This document shows, in pieces, positions 1-8,876 of a stretch of DNA of 64,000 bases (its first letter is position 1; each line of letters opens with the position of its first letter). This DNA comes from an uncultured Kiritimatiellota bacterium (GTDB taxonomy: Bacteria; Verrucomicrobiota; Kiritimatiellia; RFP12; DVOR01). The notes beneath the pieces are model-generated. The model saw nothing but the letters and a program-made list of their open reading frames with translations. It did not search any database and was not told the DNA's origin. A program made the translations under genes and the position numbers. Location of the stretch: NCBI GenBank assembly GCA_944389945.1, contig CALXOF010000010.1, forward strand, positions 3,219 through 67,218, in the 5' to 3' direction.

Positions 1-1
1 C

Positions 2-1489
2 GTCGGCATTGATGGCCGTGCCATCTATTATTACAACCACCTCACCGGTACGCGTTTCCTCACGCTTGGGGCTTTCCGTGCGTTGGGTGATTTGCCGGCG
101 GACGAGTTGCGTTCCCTGCTTGAGGAAATCCACGTCAACGCCGGGCGCACCAACCGTTTTGCGAATCCTGAGATTGACTCCCTGCCCCACGGGGCCCTTC
201 CCACGGAGCTCGTGCAAGGCATGGACTTCACGTCGATGGACGAGCCCACGCTTCGCGCTACGCATCGTCGGCTGTTGGCCTCCTTCGCGGCTTCCGTCAC
301 GGACCCCTGCCTAAAAGAAGATGACCCAGACGACCCGGGCTGGCGTAAGGCCCTCTCCGCGGCCCTCATCGAGGCGCCCAACGAGACCGGTGTCTCTTCC
401 GTCATCGAAGGCCTCTCGCCGGAATACTTCATGCAGATTGAGTGGCTTCCCGGTGGCCGCGTGGAGGAAGGCGAACTCTTCTTCGACCCCATCTTCCAAG
501 AGGCCGACCGCCACCCGGACGACGAGAGTCTCCAGCATCTTTGCGACCCGCGTGCCCGTGCCATCCTCTTCAACTACGTACGCGAGTATTCGCAAATCGA
601 ATACGTCAACATCGGCCGTACACGGCGCTCGCTCTCCCAACGCAAAGGCCAAGGCCCTCGCGCGTTCGTCTATATCGTCGAGCTCAAAGAACGCCACCGT
701 CCACGCCCACAGGTCAAAATCATCCGTATCCAACGTTGGACTGTCGCCACCCACCTCGCCGCCGGACGCCCCCTACTCCAAGCCATCATCGATGCCGAGG
801 ATTATACGGATTACGTGATGGACCGCCGCCTTGGTGCGCGCCAGTTGGGCATGCATCTGCCGCCGCTCATGATGCCGCGTACCTTCCGCGAGATTGTTCA
901 AGCCCCGGACGGTACCACCCACAGCGTCCAGACCGGATACTTCGAGCGCGACTACATCTCCGGTTTCGCCACCAATAAAATCCCCGAGACCTTCTACGCC
1001 TCCTCCGCCTTCCGTCAGGGACTTTGCCGTCTGCTTGGCCAGGCCGCGGCGCCTAACATCATCGTCGGGCGTGCCGCCGTTGAGGGTGGACGCACCATCT
1101 TTGATGACGGCGATGAGGTCATCCTCCTCAACGCCTTCCAGCTTCCCGACCAGCTCATTCTGGCCGAGCCCACCGGTTCCTTTGTCAACTACAAGCGTCC
1201 CTATGGCGAGACCATTGCCGACTATGCCGCGGCCATGAATCGTCGCAAGCACCTCTTCCCAGACTTCAAGCTTGCCGCCCGCATCTTTGTGGAGAGCTTC
1301 GAGGACGAGCTTGCCCGCATCCAGCGCCTCTACCGCGAGCGCCGCGCCGGCTTCGATGGACTCTTCCGTGACCGTCCTATTGATGAAAACGGCTCCATCT
1401 CTTGGCGTTGGAAATGCGTCCTTGAGCGCCTCGACAATGTGAACGCCCACGCCCTCGCCCGACAACTCATGGACTGCATCGACCTCTGA
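2..1489 (+). CDS. Conserved hypothetical protein, 5'-truncated by the window edge; the C-terminal half resembles the AceK-type atypical kinase fold
   Basis: Frame 2 is open from nt 2, with no stop before the TTG listed at 83, and stops at 1487-1489, 2 nt before murG. The motif string YFERDY...GQAAAPNIIVGR...GGRTIFDDGDEVILL parallels AceK LYIERRM...LAAANIFPGD...GRVVFYDYDEI as I recall it. No alignment was run. Confidence 0.55.
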   Translation, partial: VGIDGRAIYYYNHLTGTRFLTLGAFRALGDLPADELRSLLEEIHVNAGRTNRFANPEIDSLPHGALPTELVQGMDFTSMDEPTLRATHRRLLASFAASVTDPCLKEDDPDDPGWRKALSAALIEAPNETGVSSVIEGLSPEYFMQIEWLPGGRVEEGELFFDPIFQEADRHPDDESLQHLCDPRARAILFNYVREYSQIEYVNIGRTRRSLSQRKGQGPRAFVYIVELKERHRPRPQVKIIRIQRWTVATHLAAGRPLLQAIIDAEDYTDYVMDRRLGARQLGMHLPPLMMPRTFREIVQAPDGTTHSVQTGYFERDYISGFATNKIPETFYASSAFRQGLCRLLGQAAAPNIIVGRAAVEGGRTIFDDGDEVILLNAFQLPDQLILAEPTGSFVNYKRPYGETIADYAAAMNRRKHLFPDFKLAARIFVESFEDELARIQRLYRERRAGFDGLFRDRPIDENGSISWRWKCVLERLDNVNAHALARQLMDCIDL

Positions 1490-1491
1490 CC

Positions 1492-2559
1492 ATGCCAGAC
1501 GCCAAACGTATCGCCATCGCCTGCGGCGGCACCGGTGGCCACATCAATCCCGCCCTCGCCGTCGCCGAACGCCTTCGTGCCGAAGGTCATGAACTCGCCC
1601 TCATCCTCTCCGGGACCCGTGCCGCGGAGCGCCAGGCCGCCGAGTCGTGGCAAGGCCCTCTTCTCCGTTCTGGCGCACGCCCCATCACCGACCCACGTAA
1701 CCTTGCGGCCACCCTTCGTTGTCGCGCCTTTCTCAAACGCTTCCGTCCCGATGTGCTCCTCGCCACCGGCGGTTACACTAGTTTCGCGCCCGTTGTTGCC
1801 GCACGTCTGCTTCGTATTCCCGTGGTATTGCACGAAGCCAACTCCTTGCCCGGTCGCGCCATCCGTTTTCTCTCCAAGCACTACCGCATTGCCGCCGTCG
1901 CGACCTCATTCCCCGATACGGCCGAGCGCCTCCCTTGGGCCAAAGTCGAACTGACCGGTCTGCCTCTGCGGCAAAGCGTTCTCGACGCCTTGGCCCGCGC
2001 CGAAGCCACCCGGCACACCGAAGGCCAGGGCTTTCATGTCCTTGTTACAGGCGGCAGTCAAGGCGCACACGGACTCAACCTCTTGGTTAGCCCTATCCTC
2101 GCCTCCCTTGCGCTCAGTGACAAACATGTCACGATTACCCATCAATGCGGTGCGGCAGATGTCGAGATGTTGCGCGAGATTTACATCCAGACCCCCAAGC
2201 AGGTTGAAGTCGTCCCCTTCATCGAGGACATGGGGTCCGCCTATGCCCGGGCCGACCTTGTCATTGCCCGTGCCGGCGCCGCCACCTGCTTCGAGCTTGC
2301 CCGTGCCGCAATCCCCGTCATCTTTATCCCGCTTCCCACCGCCGCCGACGACCATCAGCGCCTCAACGCGCAATCCCTCGTCACCTGCGGCGGTGCCCTT
2401 TGCGTCGACCAAAACGGTCCTGCCGCCAACCTTGCCGAGGCCATCCGCCAGATTTACTCTGACCCTCTCCTGCGCAAAATCATGCGCCAGGCCCTCCAAG
2501 ACCTCCCCCACCCCGACGCCACCCAAGCCCTCGCCAAGCTCATCCTTGCCAACGCCTGA
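1492..2559 (+). CDS. murG: UDP-N-acetylglucosamine--N-acetylmuramyl-(pentapeptide) pyrophosphoryl-undecaprenol GlcNAc transferase
   Basis: N-terminal IAIACGGTGGHINPALAV glycine-rich motif. The length (355 aa) and the C-terminal GT28 region (ARAGAATCFELA...IPLP...DDHQ..NA) fit MurG. Confidence 0.9.
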   Translation: MPDAKRIAIACGGTGGHINPALAVAERLRAEGHELALILSGTRAAERQAAESWQGPLLRSGARPITDPRNLAATLRCRAFLKRFRPDVLLATGGYTSFAPVVAARLLRIPVVLHEANSLPGRAIRFLSKHYRIAAVATSFPDTAERLPWAKVELTGLPLRQSVLDALARAEATRHTEGQGFHVLVTGGSQGAHGLNLLVSPILASLALSDKHVTITHQCGAADVEMLREIYIQTPKQVEVVPFIEDMGSAYARADLVIARAGAATCFELARAAIPVIFIPLPTAADDHQRLNAQSLVTCGGALCVDQNGPAANLAEAIRQIYSDPLLRKIMRQALQDLPHPDATQALAKLILANA

Positions 2560-2567
2560 ACATAACA

Positions 2568-2608
2568 ACACAAGGCCCCGGACACGTTGCCGGGGCCTTG
2601 TGTTTATC
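2568..2608. terminator. Bidirectional rho-independent terminator between convergent murG and thiD
   Basis: Hairpin ACACAAGGCCCCGG / CCGGGGCCTTGTGT (2568-2603), followed by TTTAT and preceded by an A-rich run. Confidence 0.7.
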
Positions 2609-2638
2609 ACATGTTAGCCGACGCTTTTGCGCTGATGC

Positions 2639-3469
2639 TCAATACTCCTCAACACTGATATCTTCCTCGCTATAACGCGGAGAAGAGAAACCGTAGACCG
2701 AAGCCTTACCGGCGGAGATTCCGCTTGCCAACAAGTTCGTGACATAGGCTTTAGCCGCTTTGATGGCGTCCTCAGGCTTTTTCCCCAATGCCAAATTAGC
2801 CGTGATGGCGGCACTGAGCGCACAACCCGTTCCGTGGGTCGTGCGCGGTCTGGCCACGCGTGGACCTTCGAACATAAGGAGCGTTCCATCCTGCAAGGAG
2901 AAGGCATCCACGCTTTGCTGCCGCGCGGCGTGGCCGCCTTTCACCAACACCATGGTCTTCAATTCAAAGGCCAATTCCCGCGCCGCATCACGCAGGTCCG
3001 CCGCGCTCTTCAGTTCACCCCAGTTCAGCAAGGCTGCGGCCTCCGGTAGGTTCGGCGTAATGAGCGTAGCCCGGTGTAACAAGCCATACAGCGCCGCAAC
3101 CGCGTCATCGTCCAACAGACGCGCCCCGCTCGTCGCCACCATCACAGGGTCCACCACCAACTGAATCTCGGGGTGTGCCTTGGCGAAAGCCTCCACCACC
3201 GCGATGAGGTCGGCGTTCAACAACATCCCCGTCTTCATGGCGCAAATATCAAAGGCTGTCGCCACGCGTTCCAATTGATCGCGCAACACCTCCGGGGCCA
3301 CCCCCTGTACCTGCCCCACACCAAAGGGATTCTGCGCCGTAATGGCCGTGATGGCCGCGCACCCATGCACGCCGTGCGCCCAGAAAGCACGCAAATCGGC
3401 CTCAATCCCCGCGCCGCCGCCACTATCGCTTCCCGCAATCGTCAATGCCACCGGGATCTTCTTTGCCAT
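2639..3469 (-). CDS. thiD: Hydroxymethylpyrimidine/phosphomethylpyrimidine kinase
   Basis: LTIAGSDSGGGAGIEADL N-terminal motif and ribokinase-like C-terminus (THGTGCALSAAI). SD AAGGAG upstream. Confidence 0.9.
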   Translation of the reverse strand: MAKKIPVALTIAGSDSGGGAGIEADLRAFWAHGVHGCAAITAITAQNPFGVGQVQGVAPEVLRDQLERVATAFDICAMKTGMLLNADLIAVVEAFAKAHPEIQLVVDPVMVATSGARLLDDDAVAALYGLLHRATLITPNLPEAAALLNWGELKSAADLRDAARELAFELKTMVLVKGGHAARQQSVDAFSLQDGTLLMFEGPRVARPRTTHGTGCALSAAITANLALGKKPEDAIKAAKAYVTNLLASGISAGKASVYGFSSPRYSEEDISVEEY

Positions 3470-3551
3470 AATCTACTCCTTCTCATCAAGCGCCTTCGAC
3501 TTCCCACATTCACTCAAGGGAACTGTCGATTGGCTTTGATTTCGGAACCAA

Positions 3552-3560
3552 AGTATAACA
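3552..3560 (-). promoter_or_regulatory. Candidate extended -10 promoter (TGtTATACT) for thiD
   Basis: The minus strand reads TGTTATACT about 80 nt upstream of the thiD ATG. Confidence 0.3.
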
Positions 3561-3622
3561 TAAGACGGCTCCAATTCGAGAATCCACAACACTATTGGTT
3601 GAAGATTTATGGTCATGTAACT

Positions 3623-3631
3623 TGCTATAAT
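3623..3631 (+). promoter_or_regulatory. Candidate extended -10 promoter (TGcTATAAT) for the Sel1-repeat gene
   Basis: A perfect TGnTATAAT at 3623-3631 overlaps the ATG at 3630, which argues for the downstream ATG at 3651 as the true start. Confidence 0.4.
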
Positions 3632-3650
3632 GAGAGCCAGAAGGGACACC

Positions 3651-4562
3651 ATGATGGCAAAGGCAAAGAATCAAGCAGGAAAGACCTCGTCAAAGGCAAC
3701 GTCCAAAGCCAAGGCCGCCACGCCGCGGAAGGTTCATGCGAAAATAGATTCGGCGACACTCCCGGACGACCCGGCCCAGTTGACAGAGCTTGGGGATGCC
3801 CATCTGCGAGAGGGCTCGCCGGCCGATATTGCCTTTGCCGCAGCCTGTTATGAGAAGGCCGCACAACAGGATTATCCCACTGCGCTCAGCCGCTTGTCCG
3901 CCATGTTCCGCCTAGGCAAAGGTGTCCGTAAAGACACTCAACGCGCCTTCCAATGCGCCCTTCGTGCGGCGGAACTTGGTTCTCCATCGGCGATGTATGA
4001 CGTGGCGGTGCATTATCGCAACGGCATTGGCGTGGACCAATCCAACGCCGAGGCCGTGACTTGGTATCGCAAGTCCGCGGAAGCCGGTTGCGCCGACGCA
4101 CAAAGTGCCCTCGGTTATGCCTACTTCATGGGTATATTGGACTTGAAGTGCGATATGGTGCAGGCGGAATGTCTGTTGCGGCAAGCTGCGGCGCAGAATT
4201 TCCCCACAGCGCTTTCCAATCTAGGCGCTTTGATTGCCGATGGCGTCATCAACGGCACGTGGGAGGAAGGCATAGAAATGCTCCGACGTGGCGCGGCATT
4301 AGGGTCCAACGAGTGTCGCTATAACTTATTCTGCCAGATTTTAAAGCACAAAGAGCGCCTCCAAGACCCAACTGATACGTCATTCATTGAGCTTGCTCGA
4401 GAAGCGCTTTTGGCCCTTGAAGACGCCTTCAACGATAACTATTCACCCGCTTACCAACTCTACGACATTGCCGCTAAGTCCATTCTGGAGGTGGAACGGG
4501 AACAGACCAATCGTCCGCCCCGCGCCAAGGGAAAAAGCCGCTCCGGTAGACGCCGTCGTTGA
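3651..4562 (+). CDS. Sel1-like repeat (SLR/TPR-like) protein
   Basis: Repeated ~36-aa units of the A..WY.KAA..G...A...LG..Y..G.GV..D type, for example AVTWYRKSAEAGCADAQSALGYAY. The start was moved from 3630 to 3651 because of the promoter overlap. The N-terminus is Lys-rich. Confidence 0.75.
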   Translation: MMAKAKNQAGKTSSKATSKAKAATPRKVHAKIDSATLPDDPAQLTELGDAHLREGSPADIAFAAACYEKAAQQDYPTALSRLSAMFRLGKGVRKDTQRAFQCALRAAELGSPSAMYDVAVHYRNGIGVDQSNAEAVTWYRKSAEAGCADAQSALGYAYFMGILDLKCDMVQAECLLRQAAAQNFPTALSNLGALIADGVINGTWEEGIEMLRRGAALGSNECRYNLFCQILKHKERLQDPTDTSFIELAREALLALEDAFNDNYSPAYQLYDIAAKSILEVEREQTNRPPRAKGKSRSGRRRR

Positions 4563-4650
4563 TTGCGACTCCTGCCCCATGTCGCGCGAAGCACTAAATA
4601 CGTCTGATACCACTGGGCAAAACGTAAGTCTTTCGTCCGTCGCGCGGGTT

Positions 4651-4659
4651 TGGTAGAAT
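4651..4659 (+). promoter_or_regulatory. Candidate extended -10 promoter (TGgTAGAAT) giving a leaderless or near-leaderless ribE-pgi transcript
   Basis: TGGTAGAAT ends 8 nt before the ribE ATG (4668). There is no SD in between. Confidence 0.4.
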
Positions 4660-4667
4660 AGCGTCAT

Positions 4668-5312
4668 ATGTTCACCGGCTTGGTTCAGTGCATGGGCGAA
4701 GTGCTGGGGCTTCGAGCCCGCGGCGCCATGGGGGCCACACTCGCCGTGCGCGCGCCGCGTCTAACCACTCCACAAGACCCACTCATTTTGGGCGAAAGCG
4801 TTGCCACGAATGGCGCCTGCCTCACCGTCACCGCTGCCACCGCCGATGGTTTTGAGGCCGAAGTCCTAGAAGAGACCCTCCGCTGTACCATGCTTGGCGA
4901 TTTGCGCCCCGGCGACCGCGTCGACCTGGAACGCGCCCTACGCGTAGGTGACCGCTTGGGCGGCCATTTCGTCTCCGGGCACATAGACGAGGTGGGCCGC
5001 CTGCTCGACAAACGCCCCGAGGGCGCAGACTTTCGTTTGCGCTTCGCCTGTTCCCCCGACTTCGCCCGAGGCGTCGTGCGCAAAGGATCCGTCGCCGTCG
5101 CCGGCGTCAGCCTCACCGTTGCCGCCCGCGGCGGGGACTGGTTTGAGGTCGCCGTCATCCCCACCACCTTGCGCGAGACCGTGTTGGGCGACCTGTCCGT
5201 GGGCGGACGCGCCAACTTAGAAGCCGACCTCATCGGCGCCTACGTGCGCCGTGCGCTCGGCCAAGACTCCCTTTCACTTGATCAACTTATCGCCGCGGGT
5301 TTCGCGGACTAA
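4668..5312 (+). CDS. ribE: Riboflavin synthase alpha chain
   Basis: MFTGLV start. Duplicated lumazine-binding halves ([13 protein letters not shown] and [12 protein letters not shown]). Confidence 0.9.
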   Translation: MFTGLVQCMGEVLGLRARGAMGATLAVRAPRLTTPQDPLILGESVATNGACLTVTAATADGFEAEVLEETLRCTMLGDLRPGDRVDLERALRVGDRLGGHFVSGHIDEVGRLLDKRPEGADFRLRFACSPDFARGVVRKGSVAVAGVSLTVAARGGDWFEVAVIPTTLRETVLGDLSVGGRANLEADLIGAYVRRALGQDSLSLDQLIAAGFAD

Positions 5313-5326
5313 CGAAGGACAACACC

Positions 5327-6928
5327 ATGGATATCGACACCGCCGAACAGCTGGAAGGCCAAATCGAAAGCAAGGCCCTCACCCTCAAGGAACTCTTCGC
5401 CGAGGATCCCAACCGCGCCGAGAAGATGACCGTCTCCGCTGCCGACTGGACGCTTGACTACTCCAAGAACCTCATTGATGAGCCCACCCTCAAGCTCCTC
5501 CTCAAGCTTGCCGAGAAGGCCAACCTCAAGGCCGAGATCGAGAAGATGTTCACCGGCGAGCACATCAACAAGACCGAGAACCGCGCCGTCCTCCACACCG
5601 CCCTGCGCTCCTCCAAGACCTCTGGTCTCGTGGTCGATGGGCAGGACGTCTACGCCGATGTCCACGCCGTCCTCGACCGCATGGGCGACTTCGCCACCCG
5701 TATCCGCACCGGCAAGTGGCGTGGCGCCACCGGCAAGACCATCCGCTACGTCGTCAACATCGGTATCGGCGGCTCTGACCTCGGCCCCGCCATGGCCTAC
5801 CAGGCCCTCCAGCCCTTCTCCAAGCGCACCATCAAGTGCTTCTACGTCTCCAACATCGACGCGACGCACATGGCCGAAACCCTCCGTCAGGTCAAGGCCG
5901 ACCAGACCCTCTTCATCGTCGCCTCCAAGACCTTCACCACCCAGGAGACGATGACCAATGCCCACACCGCCCGCGCCTGGCTCGTCGAGCGCCTGGGCGA
6001 AGCCGCCGTCCCTGCGCACTTCGTCGCCGTCAGCACCAACGCCGCCAAGGTCAAGGAGTTCGGCATCGACGAGGCCAACATGTTCGGCTTCTGGGATTGG
6101 GTCGGCGGCCGCTACTCCCTCCCCTCCGCCATCGGCCTCTCCCTCATGATTGCCATCGGGCCCACCAACTATAAGCGTATGCTCGCCGGTTATGAGGCCA
6201 TGGACAAGCACTTCCGCACCGCGCCCCTCCGCCGCAACCTGCCCGTCCTCCTCGCCCTCATCGGTATCCTCTACTCTAACGGCTACGGCGCCGACTCCTA
6301 CGCCGTCCTCCCCTACGACCAATACCTCGCCCGCCTCCCTGCCTACCTCCAGCAACTCGACATGGAGAGCAACGGCAAGAGCGTCGACCGCGACGGCAAC
6401 CCCGTCGACTACATGACCGGCCCCATCGTCTGGGGTGAGCCCGGCACCAACGGTCAGCACGCCTTCTATCAGCTCATCCACCAGGGTACCCGCCTCATTC
6501 CCGCCGACTTCATCGGCTTCTGCCGTTCCCACAACCCCATCGGCGACCACCACGACAAGCTCATGGCGAACTTCTTCGCTCAGACCGAGGCCCTCGCCTT
6601 CGGCAAGACCGCCGAGCAGTGCCGCGCTGAGGGCGTTCCCGAGAACCTCATCCCCTACAAGACCTTTGAGGGCAACCACCCCACCAATACCCTCCTCGCC
6701 GACGAGCTCACCCCCCGCACCTTCGGTGCCCTCATCGCCCTCTACGAGCACAAGGTCTTCACCCAGGGCATCATCTGGAACATCTACTCCTTCGACCAAT
6801 GGGGCGTCGAGCTCGGCAAGGTCCTCGCCGGCAAAATCCTCAAGGAACTCGCCGACCCGACCCTCCCCCTCGCCCACGACTCCTCCACCAACGCCCTCAT
6901 CGCCCGCTACCGCGCCGCGAAGGCCTAA
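5327..6928 (+). CDS. pgi: Glucose-6-phosphate isomerase
   Basis: [15 protein letters not shown] and [18 protein letters not shown] signatures. 533 aa. SD AAGGA upstream. Confidence 0.95.
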   Translation: MDIDTAEQLEGQIESKALTLKELFAEDPNRAEKMTVSAADWTLDYSKNLIDEPTLKLLLKLAEKANLKAEIEKMFTGEHINKTENRAVLHTALRSSKTSGLVVDGQDVYADVHAVLDRMGDFATRIRTGKWRGATGKTIRYVVNIGIGGSDLGPAMAYQALQPFSKRTIKCFYVSNIDATHMAETLRQVKADQTLFIVASKTFTTQETMTNAHTARAWLVERLGEAAVPAHFVAVSTNAAKVKEFGIDEANMFGFWDWVGGRYSLPSAIGLSLMIAIGPTNYKRMLAGYEAMDKHFRTAPLRRNLPVLLALIGILYSNGYGADSYAVLPYDQYLARLPAYLQQLDMESNGKSVDRDGNPVDYMTGPIVWGEPGTNGQHAFYQLIHQGTRLIPADFIGFCRSHNPIGDHHDKLMANFFAQTEALAFGKTAEQCRAEGVPENLIPYKTFEGNHPTNTLLADELTPRTFGALIALYEHKVFTQGIIWNIYSFDQWGVELGKVLAGKILKELADPTLPLAHDSSTNALIARYRAAKA

Positions 6929-6977
6929 CGTGGAAGGTCTGGAGTTTGGAGGCTTGGAAGCCAGGCCTCCTCTCACC

Positions 6978-7010
6978 GGGGGTGGGGCCCTTGCGCCCCA
7001 CCCCATTCTG
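6978..7010 (+). terminator. Possible terminator after pgi
   Basis: Hairpin GGGGTGGGGC / GCCCCACCCC (6979-7004). The T-tract is weak (ATTCTGT). Confidence 0.35.
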
Positions 7011-7041
7011 TCCGTCCCACCAAACAAAAGGAGCGTCTGCC

Positions 7042-7602
7042 ATGAACCGAACACCCATCGCACCAATCATCGCGGTTGCCTTCATCCTTTTCTGCGTGGC
7101 TACGCTCCATGCCGAGCTAAGTCAGTTCGACAAGTGGCGGTTGGAGGATGCCAAGCGGGAATGGCATAACGAGCGGCATCAGGGCTTTGACTTCCGCGTA
7201 CAACAAAACGACTATAAAATCAGGGACGCTATCCGCCGCGGAGAGGAAGGTGACCCTTTCTGGGAGAACGACTTCAACAGATTGATGGAGGAACGGCAAC
7301 GGACCCGGCGAAACCTCGAGGCCATCGAACAGGCTAACGACGCCTGGGAGCGTGAACGCCGCCGCGGCAGTAACAATCTCACAGACCCACTTGACCATCG
7401 TATCCGTAACACGCTCAACGGCGCAGAGTATGACAACAACGGATTCTGGAAGGACGACTTCAATCGTCAGATGCGGCAACGACGTGAGATTCGCCGAGAC
7501 TCGGAGTTCCGCTCTACCCCTCTCCACGCTCCCATTCTTGATGTCCCCTCCCCCAACCTTGACAATCCCTTCGATAATGACTGGATTATCCAAGGTTATT
7601 GA
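7042..7602 (+). CDS. Secreted, highly charged repeat protein (hypothetical)
   Basis: ATG at 7042 follows SD AAAGGAG. Signal peptide MNRTPIAPIIAVAFILFCVATLHA. Two ~35-aa repeats (IRDAIRRGEEGDPFWENDFNRLMEERQRTRRNLE and IRNTLNGAEYDNNGFWKDDFNRQMRQRREIRRDSE). Confidence 0.6.
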   Translation: MNRTPIAPIIAVAFILFCVATLHAELSQFDKWRLEDAKREWHNERHQGFDFRVQQNDYKIRDAIRRGEEGDPFWENDFNRLMEERQRTRRNLEAIEQANDAWERERRRGSNNLTDPLDHRIRNTLNGAEYDNNGFWKDDFNRQMRQRREIRRDSEFRSTPLHAPILDVPSPNLDNPFDNDWIIQGY

Positions 7603-7632
7603 TTGAGAATCAACCTAAAAACTATTCCAAGA

Positions 7633-7675
7633 AAGAGGAGGGGCGGCAAACAAATTCCCCTCCTCTTATTGCTTT
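7633..7675 (+). terminator. Rho-independent terminator
   Basis: Hairpin AAGAGGAGGGG / CCCCTCCTCTT (7633-7667), followed by ATTGCTTT. Confidence 0.7.
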
Positions 7676-7682
7676 CGGTCTC

Positions 7683-7809
7683 AGCCCATAAGGGCCTCTC
7701 GCGGACCCTTAAGGGTTTCGGGGTGGACCACTATAGTGGTTGACCTCCGACCACTATAGGGTCTCACCTCGGACCACTATAGGGTCTCGCCAGGGCCCTT
7801 TATGGGGCT
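7683..7809. repeat. Palindromic intergenic element, locus A (P1-P2-3xP3-P1)
   Basis: AGCCCATAAGGGCC ... GACCCTTAAGGGTTTC ... GACCACTATAGTGGT, GACCACTATAGGGTC x2 ... GGCCCTTATGGGGCT. The two ends are inverted copies of each other. Confidence 0.85.
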
Positions 7810-7901
7810 TGGCAGAGCCTTACAGAGAAGGTCACAAAACTGTCGATGCCACCTCCCAAACAGTTTAATTGAGTCGAACAAAACAGAGGGTAGGCGATTT
7901 T

Positions 7902-7910
7902 TGGTATCCT
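7902..7910 (+). promoter_or_regulatory. Candidate extended -10 promoter (TGgTATCCT) for the PPIase-rsmA-nudC-murF chain
   Basis: TTTTTGGTATCCT lies 18 nt upstream of the ATG at 7929, and SD AAGGAG lies in between. Confidence 0.3.
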
Positions 7911-7928
7911 ATAGAAAAAGGAGTAACC

Positions 7929-8876
7929 ATGAAGAGACGTTTCTTGACGCTGTCTTTGATGCTGTTGGCGTATGCCGGGCTCCATGCAGAGCCGACCTTT
8001 TATGATGGGGTGGCGGCTTATGTGAACGACAAGGTCATCACGGTGGATACGGTGATGCAGGAGTTGCACAATGGGTTTGACCTGTCGTCAATACCGCCGG
8101 CGGAACAGGCCAACCGCATTCGGGAACTCTTCCCCGTGGTGCGCGATATGTTGGTGAACCGGACGTTGATTCTGGAAGCCTACGAGGCGTCCGGCGCAGA
8201 GTTGCCGAACGAGGTGGTAAACGAGCGTGTACAAGCCATTATCGCTGACCAATTCGGCGGCGACGAGGCAAAGTTGAAAGAGGCGCTCCGCAATTCCCGC
8301 ATGACGCGTGAAGAGTGGATGAAGAAGGTGCGTGAGAACATCATCGTGATGGCCATGCAGCAACTTCAAGTGGACCGTAAAATCGTCGTCTCGCCGAAAA
8401 AGATCAAAGAGTATTATGCGGCACACGCGGCGGACTTCGCCGAGGGCGCGGGCACGCACGTGCGCTCCATCACCGTCGATCCGGCAGGTGGCGTAGCCGC
8501 CGCAGAGAAGGCCCTGGCTGAGCTCAAAGCCGGCAAACCTTTCGCGGAAGTGGCCAAGGCCTATTCCTCCGACCCCCAGGCGGCGCAAGGCGGCGATTGG
8601 GGCTTTGTGGATCCTGCGACAAGTTTTGCCGCGCCCATCGTGGAGGCCCTCGCCAAGCTGAAGCCAGGCGAGACCTCGGGCATCATCGAGATGGGTGACT
8701 GGCGCGCCATCGTGCAAAAGGTGGCGGAACGCGCGGGCGACCCGCCGAGCCTGGCAGAGGCCTGGCCAAAGGTCGAAGCCGCGGTGCGCGCCGAATTGGG
8801 CCAGACCCGTTACAACGAATGGGTCGAAAACCTGCGCAAGAACGCTTACATCAAGAACGTGGACGTAAAGCTGTAA
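7929..8876 (+). CDS. Periplasmic peptidyl-prolyl isomerase, SurA/PpiC (parvulin) type
   Basis: Signal peptide MKRRFLTLSLMLLAYAGLHA. SurA-like N-terminal chaperone region. Parvulin region (THVRSITV...AKAYSSDPQAAQGGDWGFV). Strong SD. Confidence 0.8.
   Translation: MKRRFLTLSLMLLAYAGLHAEPTFYDGVAAYVNDKVITVDTVMQELHNGFDLSSIPPAEQANRIRELFPVVRDMLVNRTLILEAYEASGAELPNEVVNERVQAIIADQFGGDEAKLKEALRNSRMTREEWMKKVRENIIVMAMQQLQVDRKIVVSPKKIKEYYAAHAADFAEGAGTHVRSITVDPAGGVAAAEKALAELKAGKPFAEVAKAYSSDPQAAQGGDWGFVDPATSFAAPIVEALAKLKPGETSGIIEMGDWRAIVQKVAERAGDPPSLAEAWPKVEAAVRAELGQTRYNEWVENLRKNAYIKNVDVKL

Noticed and set aside
3470-3551. TPP riboswitch upstream of thiD. Also an FMN riboswitch upstream of ribE (4563-4667) and a cobalamin riboswitch upstream of the TBDR (54441-54712).
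   Set aside because: I could not find the conserved cores: CUGAGA plus ACCUGAUCUGGAUAAUGCCAGCG for TPP, the RFN element core, or the B12 box GCCACUG. The ribE and TBDR leaders are predicted to be essentially absent. An Infernal/Rfam scan would be decisive.
3575-3583. A DnaA-box-like sequence (AATCCACAA) as a hint of a replication origin.
   Set aside because: It is a single imperfect copy with no cluster, no dnaA/dnaN context and no AT-rich unwinding element.
3630-3650. Upstream ATG (3630) as the start of the Sel1-repeat gene.
   Set aside because: It lies inside a perfect TGcTATAAT extended -10 element (3623-3631). The ATG at 3651 has an AAGGGA SD-like sequence and is compatible with that promoter.
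5309-7066. 585-aa ORF antisense to pgi. Similar long antisense or off-frame ORFs include 13086-14432(-), 22182-23510(-), 24406-25521(+), 29472-30743(+), 31853-33208(+), 33233-34348(+), 37055-38713(+), 42547-44319(+), 44184-45296(+), 45266-46240(+), 47649-48806(+), 49762-51500(+) and 61721-62728(-).
   Set aside because: Their translations are low-complexity and rich in G, A, V, E, R and P, as expected for stop-poor alternative frames in high-GC DNA. In each case the opposite or other frame encodes a protein with clear family motifs.
7771-7787. The P3 units contain CCACTATAGGG, which matches 10 nt of the T7 class III promoter core (TCACTATAGGGAGA). This raises the idea of phage-type single-subunit RNAP promoters.
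   Set aside because: The upstream specificity region (TAATACGA) is absent. The units are palindromic and occur in both orientations. No phage-type RNAP gene is in the window. A REP-like structural repeat explains the data better. The idea can still be checked cheaply by searching the genome for a T7-like RNAP.
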